This document shows positions 39,273 to 48,247 of a DNA stretch of 64,000 nt, piece by piece. The DNA lies in NCBI GenBank assembly GCA_963750165.1, contig CAVVPN010000003.1:1728001-1792000 (forward strand), read 5' to 3'. The first letter of the stretch is position 1; every line of letters starts with the position of its first letter. The DNA comes from an uncultured Gemmataceae bacterium. Lineage in GTDB: Bacteria > Planctomycetota > Planctomycetia > Gemmatales > Gemmataceae. Below the pieces are notes generated by a model, which was not told the origin of the DNA, ran no database searches, and worked only from the letters and a program-made list of their open reading frames with translations. The position numbers and the translations under genes were made by a program.

Positions 39273-41090
39273 TCAGCCACCGAACGGCTTCGGCCCAAAA
39301 TGCTCCGCCACCGGCCCGAGCACCGCCGCCGGCAGGAACAGCAGCGCCCCCACCAGCAAAATGGTGCCGAACAGCACGAACCCAAACGTCACCGTGTCCG
39401 TGCGCAGCGTGCCGGCCGTGAACGGCGTCGGCTTCTTGGCCGCCAGGCTGCCGGCCAGCGCGATCGGCGCGATGATCGGCACGAAGCGGCCGAGCAGCAT
39501 CACCAGCCCCGTCGCGATGTCCCACGGTGGGCTGTACGGCGCCGGGTTCTCGTTGTCGTTGAAGCCGTAGGTGTCCTGCAACCCCTCGAAGCCGGAGCCG
39601 TTATTCGCCGAGGCCGAGCTGAACTCGTACAGGATTTCCGAGAAGCCGTGTGCTCCCGGATTGTTGGTGGCCTTCGCGCCCCAGTCGCAGGCGGCGAACA
39701 GGCCCGTCGGCATCAGGATCAGGATCGGGTGGATCAGCAGCGCCAGCATGGCCAGCTTCATCTCGCGGGCCTCGACCTTCTTGCCCAGGTACTCCGGCGT
39801 CCGTCCCACCATCAGCCCCGCCAGAAAGACGCCGGTAATCAGATACACCAGCATGTTAATCAGACCGACGCCCTTGCCGCCGAAGACACAGTTGAGCCAC
39901 ATGCCGGTCATCGGCGTCAGGCCCGCCAGCGGGTTCAGGCTGTCGTGCATGCAGTTGACCGAACCACACGTTACCGCCGTCGTCACCGCCGCGTAGGTCG
40001 ATCCGGCCGAGGTGCCGAAACGCAACTCCTTGCCTTCCAGGTTGCCCAGTTCCTGGTCCACCGGCAGCCCCGCGACCCTGGCGATCGGCAGCTTCGTCGG
40101 TGGCAGTTCCTTGCCGTTTTCGCCGCGCACGTCGATCTCGTAGGGCTTGCCCTTTGCGTCCGTCATGGCCGGGTGTGCGGTCAGCGCCGGGTTGGGGTGC
40201 AGGGTGTCCCAGTAGATCGCCCAGCCGATCATGGCCACGAACATCAGCATCATGACGCCGTAGATGACACGAGCGTGCCGTGGGTTGCCGATCATGCGGC
40301 CGAACATCACGACCAGCGCGAACGGGAAGATCAGAATGTTGACGCAGGTCAGAAAATTGGTCCAGGCGTTGGGGTTCTCGAACGGGTGCGCGGAGTTGGC
40401 GCCGAAGAAGCCGCCGCCGTTGGTGCCCAGGTGCTTGATCGGAATGATCGCCGCCACCGGGCCGCGCGCGATGATTTGCTTGAGCCCCTCCAGCGTCGTC
40501 ACCTGGGCCGCGGACTCGAACGTCATCGGCACGCCGCCGGCGATCAGCAGCACGCCCATGACCACGCTGGCCGGCAGGAAGACGTACATCACCACGCGCC
40601 ACATGTCGAGGTAGAAGTTGCCCATGTGCGCGTCGCCGCGCAGGCCGCGGATGACCGCCGCCAACGCCGAGAAGCCCACGGCTGCGGAGACGAACATGTT
40701 CCAGACGATGAACACAATCTGGCTGAAGTACGACAGGTTTTGCTCGCCGGCGTAGTGCTGCAGGTTCGTGTTGGTCAGGAACGAGCAGACGGTGTTGAAG
40801 ATCGTCGTCGGGGCGAGCATTTTCTGGCCGTCGGGGTTGAGCGGCAGCAGCGGTTGCAGCGCCAGCACCACGAAGCCGAACACGAACATGACGGTGTTGA
40901 ACAGCAACAGCGCCACGGTGTATTGCTTCCAGTTCTGCGGCCCCGTATCGACGCGGCGCTCGAACCAGGCCAGCCACGCCGGCACCCGGTAGCGGCCGTC
41001 CATCAGCCAGGCCAGGTAACGGCCCACCGGCACCGACAGCGCCACTGTGACCGCGACGATGAGCAGCGGCAGCAGCCAGATTTGCAACAT
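39273..41090 (-). CDS. kdpA: K+-transporting ATPase subunit A
   Basis: SFLTNTNLQHY, IKHLGTNGGGFFGANSAHPFENP, NLEGKELRFG, GLMVGRTPEYLGKK, SASANNGSGF, LGPVAEH. Confidence 0.97.
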   Translation of the reverse strand: MLQIWLLPLLIVAVTVALSVPVGRYLAWLMDGRYRVPAWLAWFERRVDTGPQNWKQYTVALLLFNTVMFVFGFVVLALQPLLPLNPDGQKMLAPTTIFNTVCSFLTNTNLQHYAGEQNLSYFSQIVFIVWNMFVSAAVGFSALAAVIRGLRGDAHMGNFYLDMWRVVMYVFLPASVVMGVLLIAGGVPMTFESAAQVTTLEGLKQIIARGPVAAIIPIKHLGTNGGGFFGANSAHPFENPNAWTNFLTCVNILIFPFALVVMFGRMIGNPRHARVIYGVMMLMFVAMIGWAIYWDTLHPNPALTAHPAMTDAKGKPYEIDVRGENGKELPPTKLPIARVAGLPVDQELGNLEGKELRFGTSAGSTYAAVTTAVTCGSVNCMHDSLNPLAGLTPMTGMWLNCVFGGKGVGLINMLVYLITGVFLAGLMVGRTPEYLGKKVEAREMKLAMLALLIHPILILMPTGLFAACDWGAKATNNPGAHGFSEILYEFSSASANNGSGFEGLQDTYGFNDNENPAPYSPPWDIATGLVMLLGRFVPIIAPIALAGSLAAKKPTPFTAGTLRTDTVTFGFVLFGTILLVGALLFLPAAVLGPVAEHFGPKPFGG

Positions 41091-41104
41091 CGGCTTCCTT
41101 CGCG

Positions 41105-41185
41105 TTAGAACCACTCGGGGCGGAGCAGGGCCACCAGCAGGTACACGAACAACAACACGACCACCACCGCGGTGAGGATGAGCAT
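41105..41185 (-). CDS. kdpF: KdpF subunit
   Basis: MLILTAVVVVLLFVYLLVALLRPEWF*: typical YL..AL.RPE.F, with GAGG RBS. Confidence 0.9.
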   Translation of the reverse strand: MLILTAVVVVLLFVYLLVALLRPEWF

Positions 41186-41194
41186 GGGGACCTC

Positions 41195-41290
41195 TCACAC
41201 CTTGTCGCAGGCGACCACAAAGGCGAACAGCAGTCCCATCGTCGCCAGCCCCAGCAAAAACAGGGTCGGCAACCAGAGTTCAAGGTTCAT
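41195..41290 (-). CDS. 31-aa single-TM peptide upstream of kdpF
   Basis: MNLELWLPTLFLLGLATMGLLFAFVVACDKV*, with GGAGA RBS. Confidence 0.7.
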   Translation of the reverse strand: MNLELWLPTLFLLGLATMGLLFAFVVACDKV

Positions 41291-41363
41291 CGTCTCTCCG
41301 ATTGTGTGGGAGTATTATAGCCAGCCGCCCAGCAGCGCCCAACTGACGACCGATTTCTCGGAT

Positions 41364-41379
41364 TGCAAGCGCGGTGCCA
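41364..41379 (-). promoter_or_regulatory. sigma54 -24/-12 promoter of the kdp operon
   Basis: Minus strand reads TGGCAC-CGCGC-TTGCA, a near-perfect consensus ~75 nt upstream of the first gene. Confidence 0.7.
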
Positions 41380-41671
41380 ATCGGCTTGCTCTTCACAACC
41401 CCCGCATTTTGCAAGCACTTGTGCATTCGAGGATTCTCCGGGAACCGGGGCGGTCGTGCAAATCGCCAGGATGGGATTGCAAAATGCCGGATTTTTTCGC
41501 GGAAGGCCGACAACCCTTCCGAAGGTGCCGATCCTGCCGGTCGCGTGGAAAGCAAACGGTTTTCCGGTCGAATCAGGTCTCACGTCGGTTAGGGATCCGC
41601 GGCCGATTAAGAGTGGAGTAAGACCGGCGTTCCGTGCCGGCAGATCCGGGTCGGTTTTGGAGTCCGGACGC

Positions 41672-42895
41672 ATGTTCATCTGTCTGCTGCTCAGTCTCGT
41701 GCTGACCACTGGGCAGAACGACCCGGACCAATCGCCGGCCGTCGCCGAGTCCAAACCGGAAGCACCCCCGGCGGCCGTCCCTGCCCCCGCGCCCTCGGCC
41801 GACCGCTGGCTGCTCATGAAGCTGGCACAGGGCACCTGGCCCGGGACACTGCTGGACACGGAGCGCATGAAGGTCTACGGCTGGACCGAGGGCTGCTTCA
41901 CCGCCAGCACCGACAGCCACTCAAACCTGCCGATGGGCATGAACTACCTGGCCAACCAGGGGATGCTGGAGCAGAACTGGCTGCGCTTCGAGCGTTCGGT
42001 CGTCAAGAGCGGCACGACAGAGCCGACCTTCGGCTTCCGCTGCGACACGATCCTGCCCGGCACCGACTATCGCTTCACGACGGCTCGCGGCCTGTTCAGC
42101 GGCCAGCTGACCGCCAACAACGGCCAACCGAACACCTACGGCATCGACCCGGTGCAGTTCTACGCGGAGGCGTACTTCCCCACCATCGCCCAGGGCATGG
42201 ACGTCAAGGTCGGCCGCTTCTTCGCCCAGTACGGCGTCGAGTCCATCGACGCGATCTCCACGCCGCTGCCCTCCCGCGCCTACACGTTCGTCTACGACCC
42301 GTTCACACAAACCGGCATCTTGACGACCACGCAACTCACCAGGGCGTGGTCGGTGCAGGCGGGGGCGGTGCTCGGCAGTGACGTGTTCATCGACCCGGCG
42401 GCCAACCCGACGTTCATCGGCAGCGCCAAATGGGCGCCGCCCGACGGCCGCGACAGCGTGCTGGCCTCGGTGATCGCCGGCGCAGGGCGCTTCAACCAGG
42501 CACGCAACTTCCACAACCCGGAAGTCTTCGACTTCATCTACACGCACCGGTTCAACCCACGGCTGAACTACACCCTGGAGACGCTGTACGGCTTCACCAG
42601 CAACGTGCCCGACATCGGTTTCGCGAACTGGCTCGGCGTCATCAACTACCTCGCCTACGACTTCACGCCGCGGTTGACCGGCATTACCCGGCTGGAGTTT
42701 TTCGACGACGTGCAGGGCCAGCGCACCGGCTTCGCGGGCCTGTACACTGCTCTGACCGCGGGCGCGGCGTTTCGGCCGTGCCCGGATCTCATCTTGCGTC
42801 CGGAGGTGCGCTACGACTACAACGGCCAGTCGGCGCCGTTTGAGGGGCGGCACGGGCTGTTCACCGCGACCGTAGACGTGATCGTGCGCTGGTGA
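41672..42895 (+). CDS. Outer-membrane beta-barrel/porin (DUF1597/BBP2-like), divergent from kdp
   Basis: Signal peptide; KVYGW, DVKVGRF...GVESID, RLEFFDD..GQRTG, LRPEVRYD; terminal aromatic residue (VIVRW). Confidence 0.8.
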   Translation: MFICLLLSLVLTTGQNDPDQSPAVAESKPEAPPAAVPAPAPSADRWLLMKLAQGTWPGTLLDTERMKVYGWTEGCFTASTDSHSNLPMGMNYLANQGMLEQNWLRFERSVVKSGTTEPTFGFRCDTILPGTDYRFTTARGLFSGQLTANNGQPNTYGIDPVQFYAEAYFPTIAQGMDVKVGRFFAQYGVESIDAISTPLPSRAYTFVYDPFTQTGILTTTQLTRAWSVQAGAVLGSDVFIDPAANPTFIGSAKWAPPDGRDSVLASVIAGAGRFNQARNFHNPEVFDFIYTHRFNPRLNYTLETLYGFTSNVPDIGFANWLGVINYLAYDFTPRLTGITRLEFFDDVQGQRTGFAGLYTALTAGAAFRPCPDLILRPEVRYDYNGQSAPFEGRHGLFTATVDVIVRW

Positions 42896-42921
42896 CGGCA
42901 TCGCCTTGGCCATTCGTGGTA

Positions 42922-42975
42922 GGTCGGAGCCCGAGCGCCAGCGAGGGGCCTCTCGCTGGCGCTCGGGCTCCGACC
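42922..42975. repeat. Palindromic repeat (GAGCCCGAGCGCCAGCG family), copy 3
   Basis: ggtcggagcccgagcgccagcgagg-ggcc-tctcgctggcgctcgggctccgacc. Confidence 0.85.
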
Positions 42976-43005
42976 AGAAACAAGAACGATCAAGGCGATT
43001 CGGGA

Positions 43006-43695
43006 TTAGTTGTCGCTGAACTCCGGCGGGAAATTGCGGTCGCCGCCCACCCCGGGCTGCTGGGCCAGTTGCTCCAGGTGCTCCAGCAACCGCCGCACAC
43101 GTTGCGCCACGTCCGCCTCCTCGAGCAGCTGTTGCTTGCCCTCGGGCGGCAGCGGCAGCGCGAACGCCAGCACGTCGCACAGCACGCTCAGCGGCAGGTC
43201 ATTGTCCAGCAGCCGCTGCAACTGCTCCTGCGCCTCGGCCTGGGCCGCAAACCATGGCCGCACACCCTCCGTCAACCGGTGCCGCAGCACCTGAGCCGTG
43301 GCCTCGCCCGCGGCCGGCGCCTCCTGCACCAGCTCCACCGCGGCGGCACGGTACAGTTTGTCGTGCGGCACCTCGTGCAGGATGCGAATGCGGGCGACGC
43401 CACGCAGCAGCAGGTTGTAGCGGCCGTCGTCGAGGCGCTGCTCGGCGATGATCTTGCCCAGGCAGGCGACGCCGTGGACGGCCGGCCGCTGGTCGTAGTC
43501 GGGCTCCCAGCCGGGCCGCAGCAGGACCATACCGATCAGGCGATCGCCAGCCAGGGCGTCGGCGGTCATCTGGCGGTAACGCGGCTCGAAGATGTGCAGC
43601 GGCTGCACCACCTGCGGGAACAGCACCAGGTTCGGCAGCGGGAACAGCCGTAACGGGCCGTCCAGGTCCGCCGGGGAAAAAGCGTCAGCGCTCAT
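43006..43695 (-). CDS. LON peptidase substrate-binding (N-terminal) domain protein
   Basis: LRLFPLPNLVLFP...PLHIFEPRYRQM...DGRYNLLLRG...KQQLLE. Confidence 0.92.
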   Translation of the reverse strand: MSADAFSPADLDGPLRLFPLPNLVLFPQVVQPLHIFEPRYRQMTADALAGDRLIGMVLLRPGWEPDYDQRPAVHGVACLGKIIAEQRLDDGRYNLLLRGVARIRILHEVPHDKLYRAAAVELVQEAPAAGEATAQVLRHRLTEGVRPWFAAQAEAQEQLQRLLDNDLPLSVLCDVLAFALPLPPEGKQQLLEEADVAQRVRRLLEHLEQLAQQPGVGGDRNFPPEFSDN

Positions 43696-43703
43696 GGTGC
43701 CCT

Positions 43704-44153
43704 TCACGGGTCAGAGGAGTCGGCGTCCTCGTGCAGAAACGCCGCGGGGTCCGGCCACTCTGCCGGCGCGGGCGCCAGGGCGATGGTCGGCAACAACTCC
43801 TCATTCACGGTCACGCGGCGGTCCAGCTCAACGCCGGCGAGCAGTTCGGCGAAGCAGAGCCGCATCGCCTCCCAGAACGCCGTCGTGTCCAGGCCGAGGT
43901 GCGGGGCGTCGTGGCGCGTCATGTAGTCGCGGGCGGAGTGGTAGAGCTTGACCGCCCCGCGGACGTTGCCGTTGCAGAAGTGACACAGGCCCACCGCCGC
44001 CTGGATCAGCCCCTGAATATAGCGCTTGTCCGGCCCGGCGGTGTCCATCCACAACTCCTCCCAGACCTCATGGGCCTCGAAGAAGTCGCCGCGGTTGAAC
44101 AGCACGATGCCGGCCAGGTAGCGTGGGTCATAAGTTGGTGGCGCGGTATCCAT
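43704..44153 (-). CDS. DUF309 domain protein
   Basis: GIVLFNRGDFFEAHEVWEELW...QGLIQAAVGLCH..NGN..GA. Confidence 0.9.
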   Translation of the reverse strand: MDTAPPTYDPRYLAGIVLFNRGDFFEAHEVWEELWMDTAGPDKRYIQGLIQAAVGLCHFCNGNVRGAVKLYHSARDYMTRHDAPHLGLDTTAFWEAMRLCFAELLAGVELDRRVTVNEELLPTIALAPAPAEWPDPAAFLHEDADSSDP

Positions 44154-44377
44154 GCGGCTTATTGTACAGACGGCCGCGGCCGCGCGGCCCGGGAAAACGC
44201 TTGCGGAGGGCGCCCAGCGTCGGTAGAGTACAATGCACAATGTTCTCTCCAATCCGAACGGTTTCCCCACCACCTGGGCCCAGCAGGAGTGCCTCAATGT
44301 CCCCGCAACGTGCCCCCGACACGTCCGACCGCTGCCGTGACCGCGACAACCACCCTGGGACCGCGTGAGGGCTGTCT

Positions 44378-45763
44378 GTGCGCAAGTTCTCCGCGGAAGC
44401 GTTTTTGGAGGCGTGCGGGGCGGGCGGCCCGCTGCTGTTCGATGTGCGCCGCGATGGCGACGCGGAGGGCCGCCGCCTCGCCGTGCAGCAACCGTTCGCT
44501 CTCGTGGGGCGCGCCGTCAACGCCGACCTGGTGTTGAAGGACGCGCGCGTGAGCCGGCGGCACATTTATCTACAGGTGCTGGCGGGGCGGATTTGCTGGG
44601 TGAATCTCGGCGGTCTGGCGGGGAACAACCCGGCGGAAGAGTCCGAGCTGTCCGGCTGGTGGTACGAGAAGCAGACCATCTGTGTCGGCACTTATCAGGT
44701 CCAGATCCTGCCCAACCCCCTGCGCAAGCCGGACGACCGCCTGGAAGGGCTTGACCCGCTGGCCGCCGGCTCGGCGTCGAACCTGCACCTGCCGACGACC
44801 TACCTGGAGTTCCTGCGCGGCGACCAGGTGCGGATGCGCTGGCGCATGGACCGGCTGCTGGTGCTGATGGGCAACGCCCTCAGTTGCAAGATTCGGCTGG
44901 CCGGCACGGAGGTGTCGCGCTTCCATTGCAGCCTGGTGGCCACGCCGCAGGGGACGTGGCTGGTAGACCTGCTCGGGCGCGGCGGCGTCCTGCTCAACGG
45001 CGTGGCGGTGCGCTTCGCCCACCTCGAAGACGGCGACGTGATGCAGGTGGGGGAGAATGTCATCCACGTGCGTTACGCCGCCGCGCGGTCCGCGCCCGGC
45101 TCGGCTCTGGCCCTGGCCGACGCCCCAACCGCCCCCGCCACCGGCCGGGCCGTGGCGGTCGCGTCCCCCGGCGGCAAGCCCGCGACCGACCTGGCGGTGC
45201 CGCCGTTCCAGCCCATCGCCCAGGATCCGACCGTCCAGGCGCTCATCATGCCGATGCTGAGCCAGTTCCACAATATGCAGCAGCAGATGCTCGACCAGTT
45301 CCAGACGGCTCTGTTGCAAACGCTACAGCTGTTCAGCACGCTGCACAAGGACCAGATGAGCTTCCTGCGCGATGAACTGGACCGGCAGCGAGTGCTGACG
45401 CAGGAACTGCGGGAGTTGCAGGCGGAACTGGCCCGGTTGCAGGCGCAGCCCAGGGGCACGGGTGCCACGGCCGCGGCGGTCCCGACACGCGCCGACGTGT
45501 CTCCGGCCCCCGCCGCCGCGCCGCCGCGTTCGGAGCCGACGGAAAAACCCGCCGCGGCACCGGAGCCAGCCCCGCTCCCCGCACCCGCCACCGCTGGCCT
45601 GCCGGAGCAGACCGCCGTCAAGGGTGCCAATGGCGTCCGGCCGTCGGAGGGGCAAGACGTGCATGCCTGGCTGAACGATCGCATGGCGACGCTGCAGCAG
45701 GAGCGGCAGAGCAGCTGGCAGCGCATTTTGAATTTCCTGGGCGGCAAGCGGCCGGAGGGTTAA
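44378..45763 (+). CDS. Double-FHA domain protein with coiled coil
   Basis: VGRAVNADLVLKDARVSRRH; MGNALSCKIRL...VSRFHC...VDL..RGGVLLNG; Gln-rich coiled coil. Confidence 0.85.
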   Translation: MRKFSAEAFLEACGAGGPLLFDVRRDGDAEGRRLAVQQPFALVGRAVNADLVLKDARVSRRHIYLQVLAGRICWVNLGGLAGNNPAEESELSGWWYEKQTICVGTYQVQILPNPLRKPDDRLEGLDPLAAGSASNLHLPTTYLEFLRGDQVRMRWRMDRLLVLMGNALSCKIRLAGTEVSRFHCSLVATPQGTWLVDLLGRGGVLLNGVAVRFAHLEDGDVMQVGENVIHVRYAAARSAPGSALALADAPTAPATGRAVAVASPGGKPATDLAVPPFQPIAQDPTVQALIMPMLSQFHNMQQQMLDQFQTALLQTLQLFSTLHKDQMSFLRDELDRQRVLTQELRELQAELARLQAQPRGTGATAAAVPTRADVSPAPAAAPPRSEPTEKPAAAPEPAPLPAPATAGLPEQTAVKGANGVRPSEGQDVHAWLNDRMATLQQERQSSWQRILNFLGGKRPEG

Positions 45764-45783
45764 TCAGAGGTGCGGACAGCAGT

Positions 45784-45840
45784 TGCCCCCGTTTTTAGTT
45801 TCGCGCGGGCAGAGTCCGCGCGAAACTAAAAACGGGGGCA
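45784..45840. terminator. Perfect long hairpin between convergent genes
   Basis: tgcccccgtttttagtttcgcgcgg ... ccgcgcgaaactaaaaacgggggca. Confidence 0.75.
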
Positions 45841-45866
45841 GTGGAAGCCGGTAGTTTGAGAGCCGG

Positions 45867-46367
45867 TTATTGGCGCCGATAGTTGCTCGCGCCGCCACCC
45901 CCGGTAAAGCCGGCGCCGCCCCCCGGGGCCGTCATGCCTCCCATCCCGCCACCAGGCCGCATGCCGCCGCCCATGCCGGGGCGACCACCGGAACCGCCCG
46001 ACCCCATCCCCGGCCGCCCCCCGACCGTCATGAAGTAGCGGTACTGCGTCGAAAAGCCGGCGCCCTGCCCCGTCGGCGGCAACTGCGAGTTCTGGGTGTA
46101 TTCCTGCGCCTGCTGGTTGGCGAGGTTGGACTGCTGCTGATCCAGTGAGTTGATGGAACTCCGGAACGCGACCTCGGGCCGGACGATGCCGTAGTAGTTG
46201 ATCGCCGGGTCCGAGCCTGTGCGGAGCAGGTTGATGTACGGGCTGACCGCCGGCCGCCGGTTGGGCAGCAGGTAGCCACCGCCCAGGCCCTGGGCCCGCA
46301 CGGGACCTCCGTTCAACACCAGCCACAGTCCCAGGCCGACACCGGCCGCACGCAGGATGCCCTTCAT
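45867..46367 (-). CDS. Secreted hypothetical protein with Gly-rich tail
   Basis: GGAG RBS, signal peptide; RPAVSPYINLLR...INYYGIVRP. Confidence 0.8.
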   Translation of the reverse strand: MKGILRAAGVGLGLWLVLNGGPVRAQGLGGGYLLPNRRPAVSPYINLLRTGSDPAINYYGIVRPEVAFRSSINSLDQQQSNLANQQAQEYTQNSQLPPTGQGAGFSTQYRYFMTVGGRPGMGSGGSGGRPGMGGGMRPGGGMGGMTAPGGGAGFTGGGGASNYRRQ

Positions 46368-46439
46368 CGCTTCGTCTCCTCGGGGTTACTAATTTGCCGC
46401 CACCGAGATTATATCACCAATCCCCGCGGCCGCCCCGTT

Positions 46440-47537
46440 TTATCGGATGGCGCCCGTGCCGACGCCCGTGCCGCCCACGACGCCCAGCGGTTGCGAGATG
46501 CCATGCACCACGGAGTTGCCCAGCAGCGTCACGCCGAAGATCCGCTCGAAGGGCGCGATGACCTTGGACAGCACCTGATCGGCGCGGATCCACGGGTCGA
46601 GGGCGACGAAGACACGATCGCCTGGCAGCACCTGGTAGTTGGTCGCGGTGACGCCTCCCATGGTGATCGCCTTCCAGTCCACCGGCAGCACCTGACTGCT
46701 GTTATGGTCGGCCGGCGACGGCCGGGCGACCCAGATGCGCTTGCGGCTCAGGCCGCCGGGCATGCCGTAGATCTGGCTGATCGCGTCCAGCACCGTCTCG
46801 TTGCCAGTCACCGGCAGCCGGTACACCGTCTCGCCGGAGAGGCCCATGTCGTAGATCACGTAATACACCTTGCTGTTGAAGCCGGCGATGTCCAGGGAGA
46901 TTTCCGGGTCGAGCAGGAAGGCGGACAGGTGCTCCTCGATGGCCCGCCGGGCCTGCTCGGTGGTCAGCCCCGCCACGGTCACCAGGCCGTAGGTGCCCAG
47001 GTTGACCTTGCCATCCTGTCGTACCAGGTGGTCGCCGCGGATCAACTGCAACGACCGCGACTCCGCCAGGGCCACGGTCACGTCGAAATCCACCTTGAAG
47101 CGCTGCTTCAGGTGCGCCTTGATGGATTTCTTGGCTTCCGGGAGGGTCTGGCCGCGCAGCAGCACCGAGCCGTAATCGAAACCCAGGTCGAGCGTGCCGT
47201 CCGCTTCCACGCGGTAGACGCCGCTGATCGGCCGGCCTGGCTGCAGCTGGTTGGCCTCGTCCGGCTTGGCGCCGACGATGTCCACCCGGATGAGCAGGCC
47301 GTCGAGCGGGGCGATGCGGTAGGGCGGCTTCGGGATCAGGTTGGCCGCGTCCACGCGCAGCACGTCGGGCGGCGCGATGGTGTAATCGGGGTGGATGACC
47401 ATGCTCTTCTCGGTGGGCGTGTCCGACTGGCCCAGCCTACAACTGGTCGGCGTGGTGTAGCAGCCCGCATTTAGCAGGCAGCAGCAGCCGAACAGCAGAA
47501 GGAAAACCGGCAACTTTCCGAAAAGACCCCGGACCAT
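46440..47537 (-). CDS. Polysaccharide export (Wza/SLBB-like) lipoprotein
   Basis: YTIAPPDVL, VEADGTLDLG..YGSV...G.T, GNETVLDAI, NYQVLPGDRVFV. Confidence 0.88.
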   Translation of the reverse strand: MVRGLFGKLPVFLLLFGCCCLLNAGCYTTPTSCRLGQSDTPTEKSMVIHPDYTIAPPDVLRVDAANLIPKPPYRIAPLDGLLIRVDIVGAKPDEANQLQPGRPISGVYRVEADGTLDLGFDYGSVLLRGQTLPEAKKSIKAHLKQRFKVDFDVTVALAESRSLQLIRGDHLVRQDGKVNLGTYGLVTVAGLTTEQARRAIEEHLSAFLLDPEISLDIAGFNSKVYYVIYDMGLSGETVYRLPVTGNETVLDAISQIYGMPGGLSRKRIWVARPSPADHNSSQVLPVDWKAITMGGVTATNYQVLPGDRVFVALDPWIRADQVLSKVIAPFERIFGVTLLGNSVVHGISQPLGVVGGTGVGTGAIR

Positions 47538-47869
47538 GCTTTCCTCCTCGGCCTGTACCGGCCACGCCGCACCCTGGCGGTTTTTTCCTGAGTCCGAAGC
47601 GCGAGCCAGGGCAAGCGCCTGCGCTTCGGGGTGTTGCAATGGTTCATCACTCCTAATCGGCATAACCGGCAGGATTGGGTGAACCGTCTTGACCCAAATT
47701 CCAGAAACACTCGCCCGCAAAAGCGCGGTTGGCGCGGCGTTTTCCTGAAGTCGGCAAGCCGGAGAAACCGAAGCCGGCGTGCCAACGACTGCCGAATGGC
47801 ACACGGGGGCAACGGCTGGCAGGGGCGCGGCGTGCCAGCGGGGGACAGAAATCGGGGCCGAACCGGGCC

Positions 47870-47940
47870 GGGCCGTGCCGGTTCGCGCAAGGGGGCCAAG
47901 GAGGCCAAGGGGGCCAACTTTTTCATACGTCGAGAATGGA
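47870..47940 (-). repeat. Single unit of the dispersed ~120-bp element, copy D
   Basis: gcaagggggccaaggaggccaagggggccaactttttcatacgtcgagaat. Confidence 0.75.
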
Positions 47941-47975
47941 CGCCCTTTCACGCGAACCCGGAATTGCCTTGCCTT

Positions 47976-48043
47976 GGCGAGCGCTGCGGCGTGAGCCCGC
48001 CGGGGTTGGTCCTCACCGGCGGGCTCACGCCGCGCCGCTCGCC
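47976..48043. repeat. Palindromic repeat (GGCGAGCG..GCGGCGT family)
   Basis: ggcgagcgctgcggcgtgagcccgccgg...ccggcgggctcacgccgcgccgctcgcc. Confidence 0.75.
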
Positions 48044-48247
48044 GTGCGCGTTGCGAAAAAGGGTGCGCAGAAATTCCCACCCTTTTGCTGCTACGCTGAT
48101 TGCTGCGGGGCTCAGGCTTTGGTACGCTTCAACCCACATACCAGGGCCTGGCCCGTCGCACTCCAGGCCCTGGCAGGAGCGTGAACCTCTCCCGCCGTGA
48201 GTGTCTCTTTTTCACAGAGGAACCGACCCCGAACCCCAGGGCCACCG

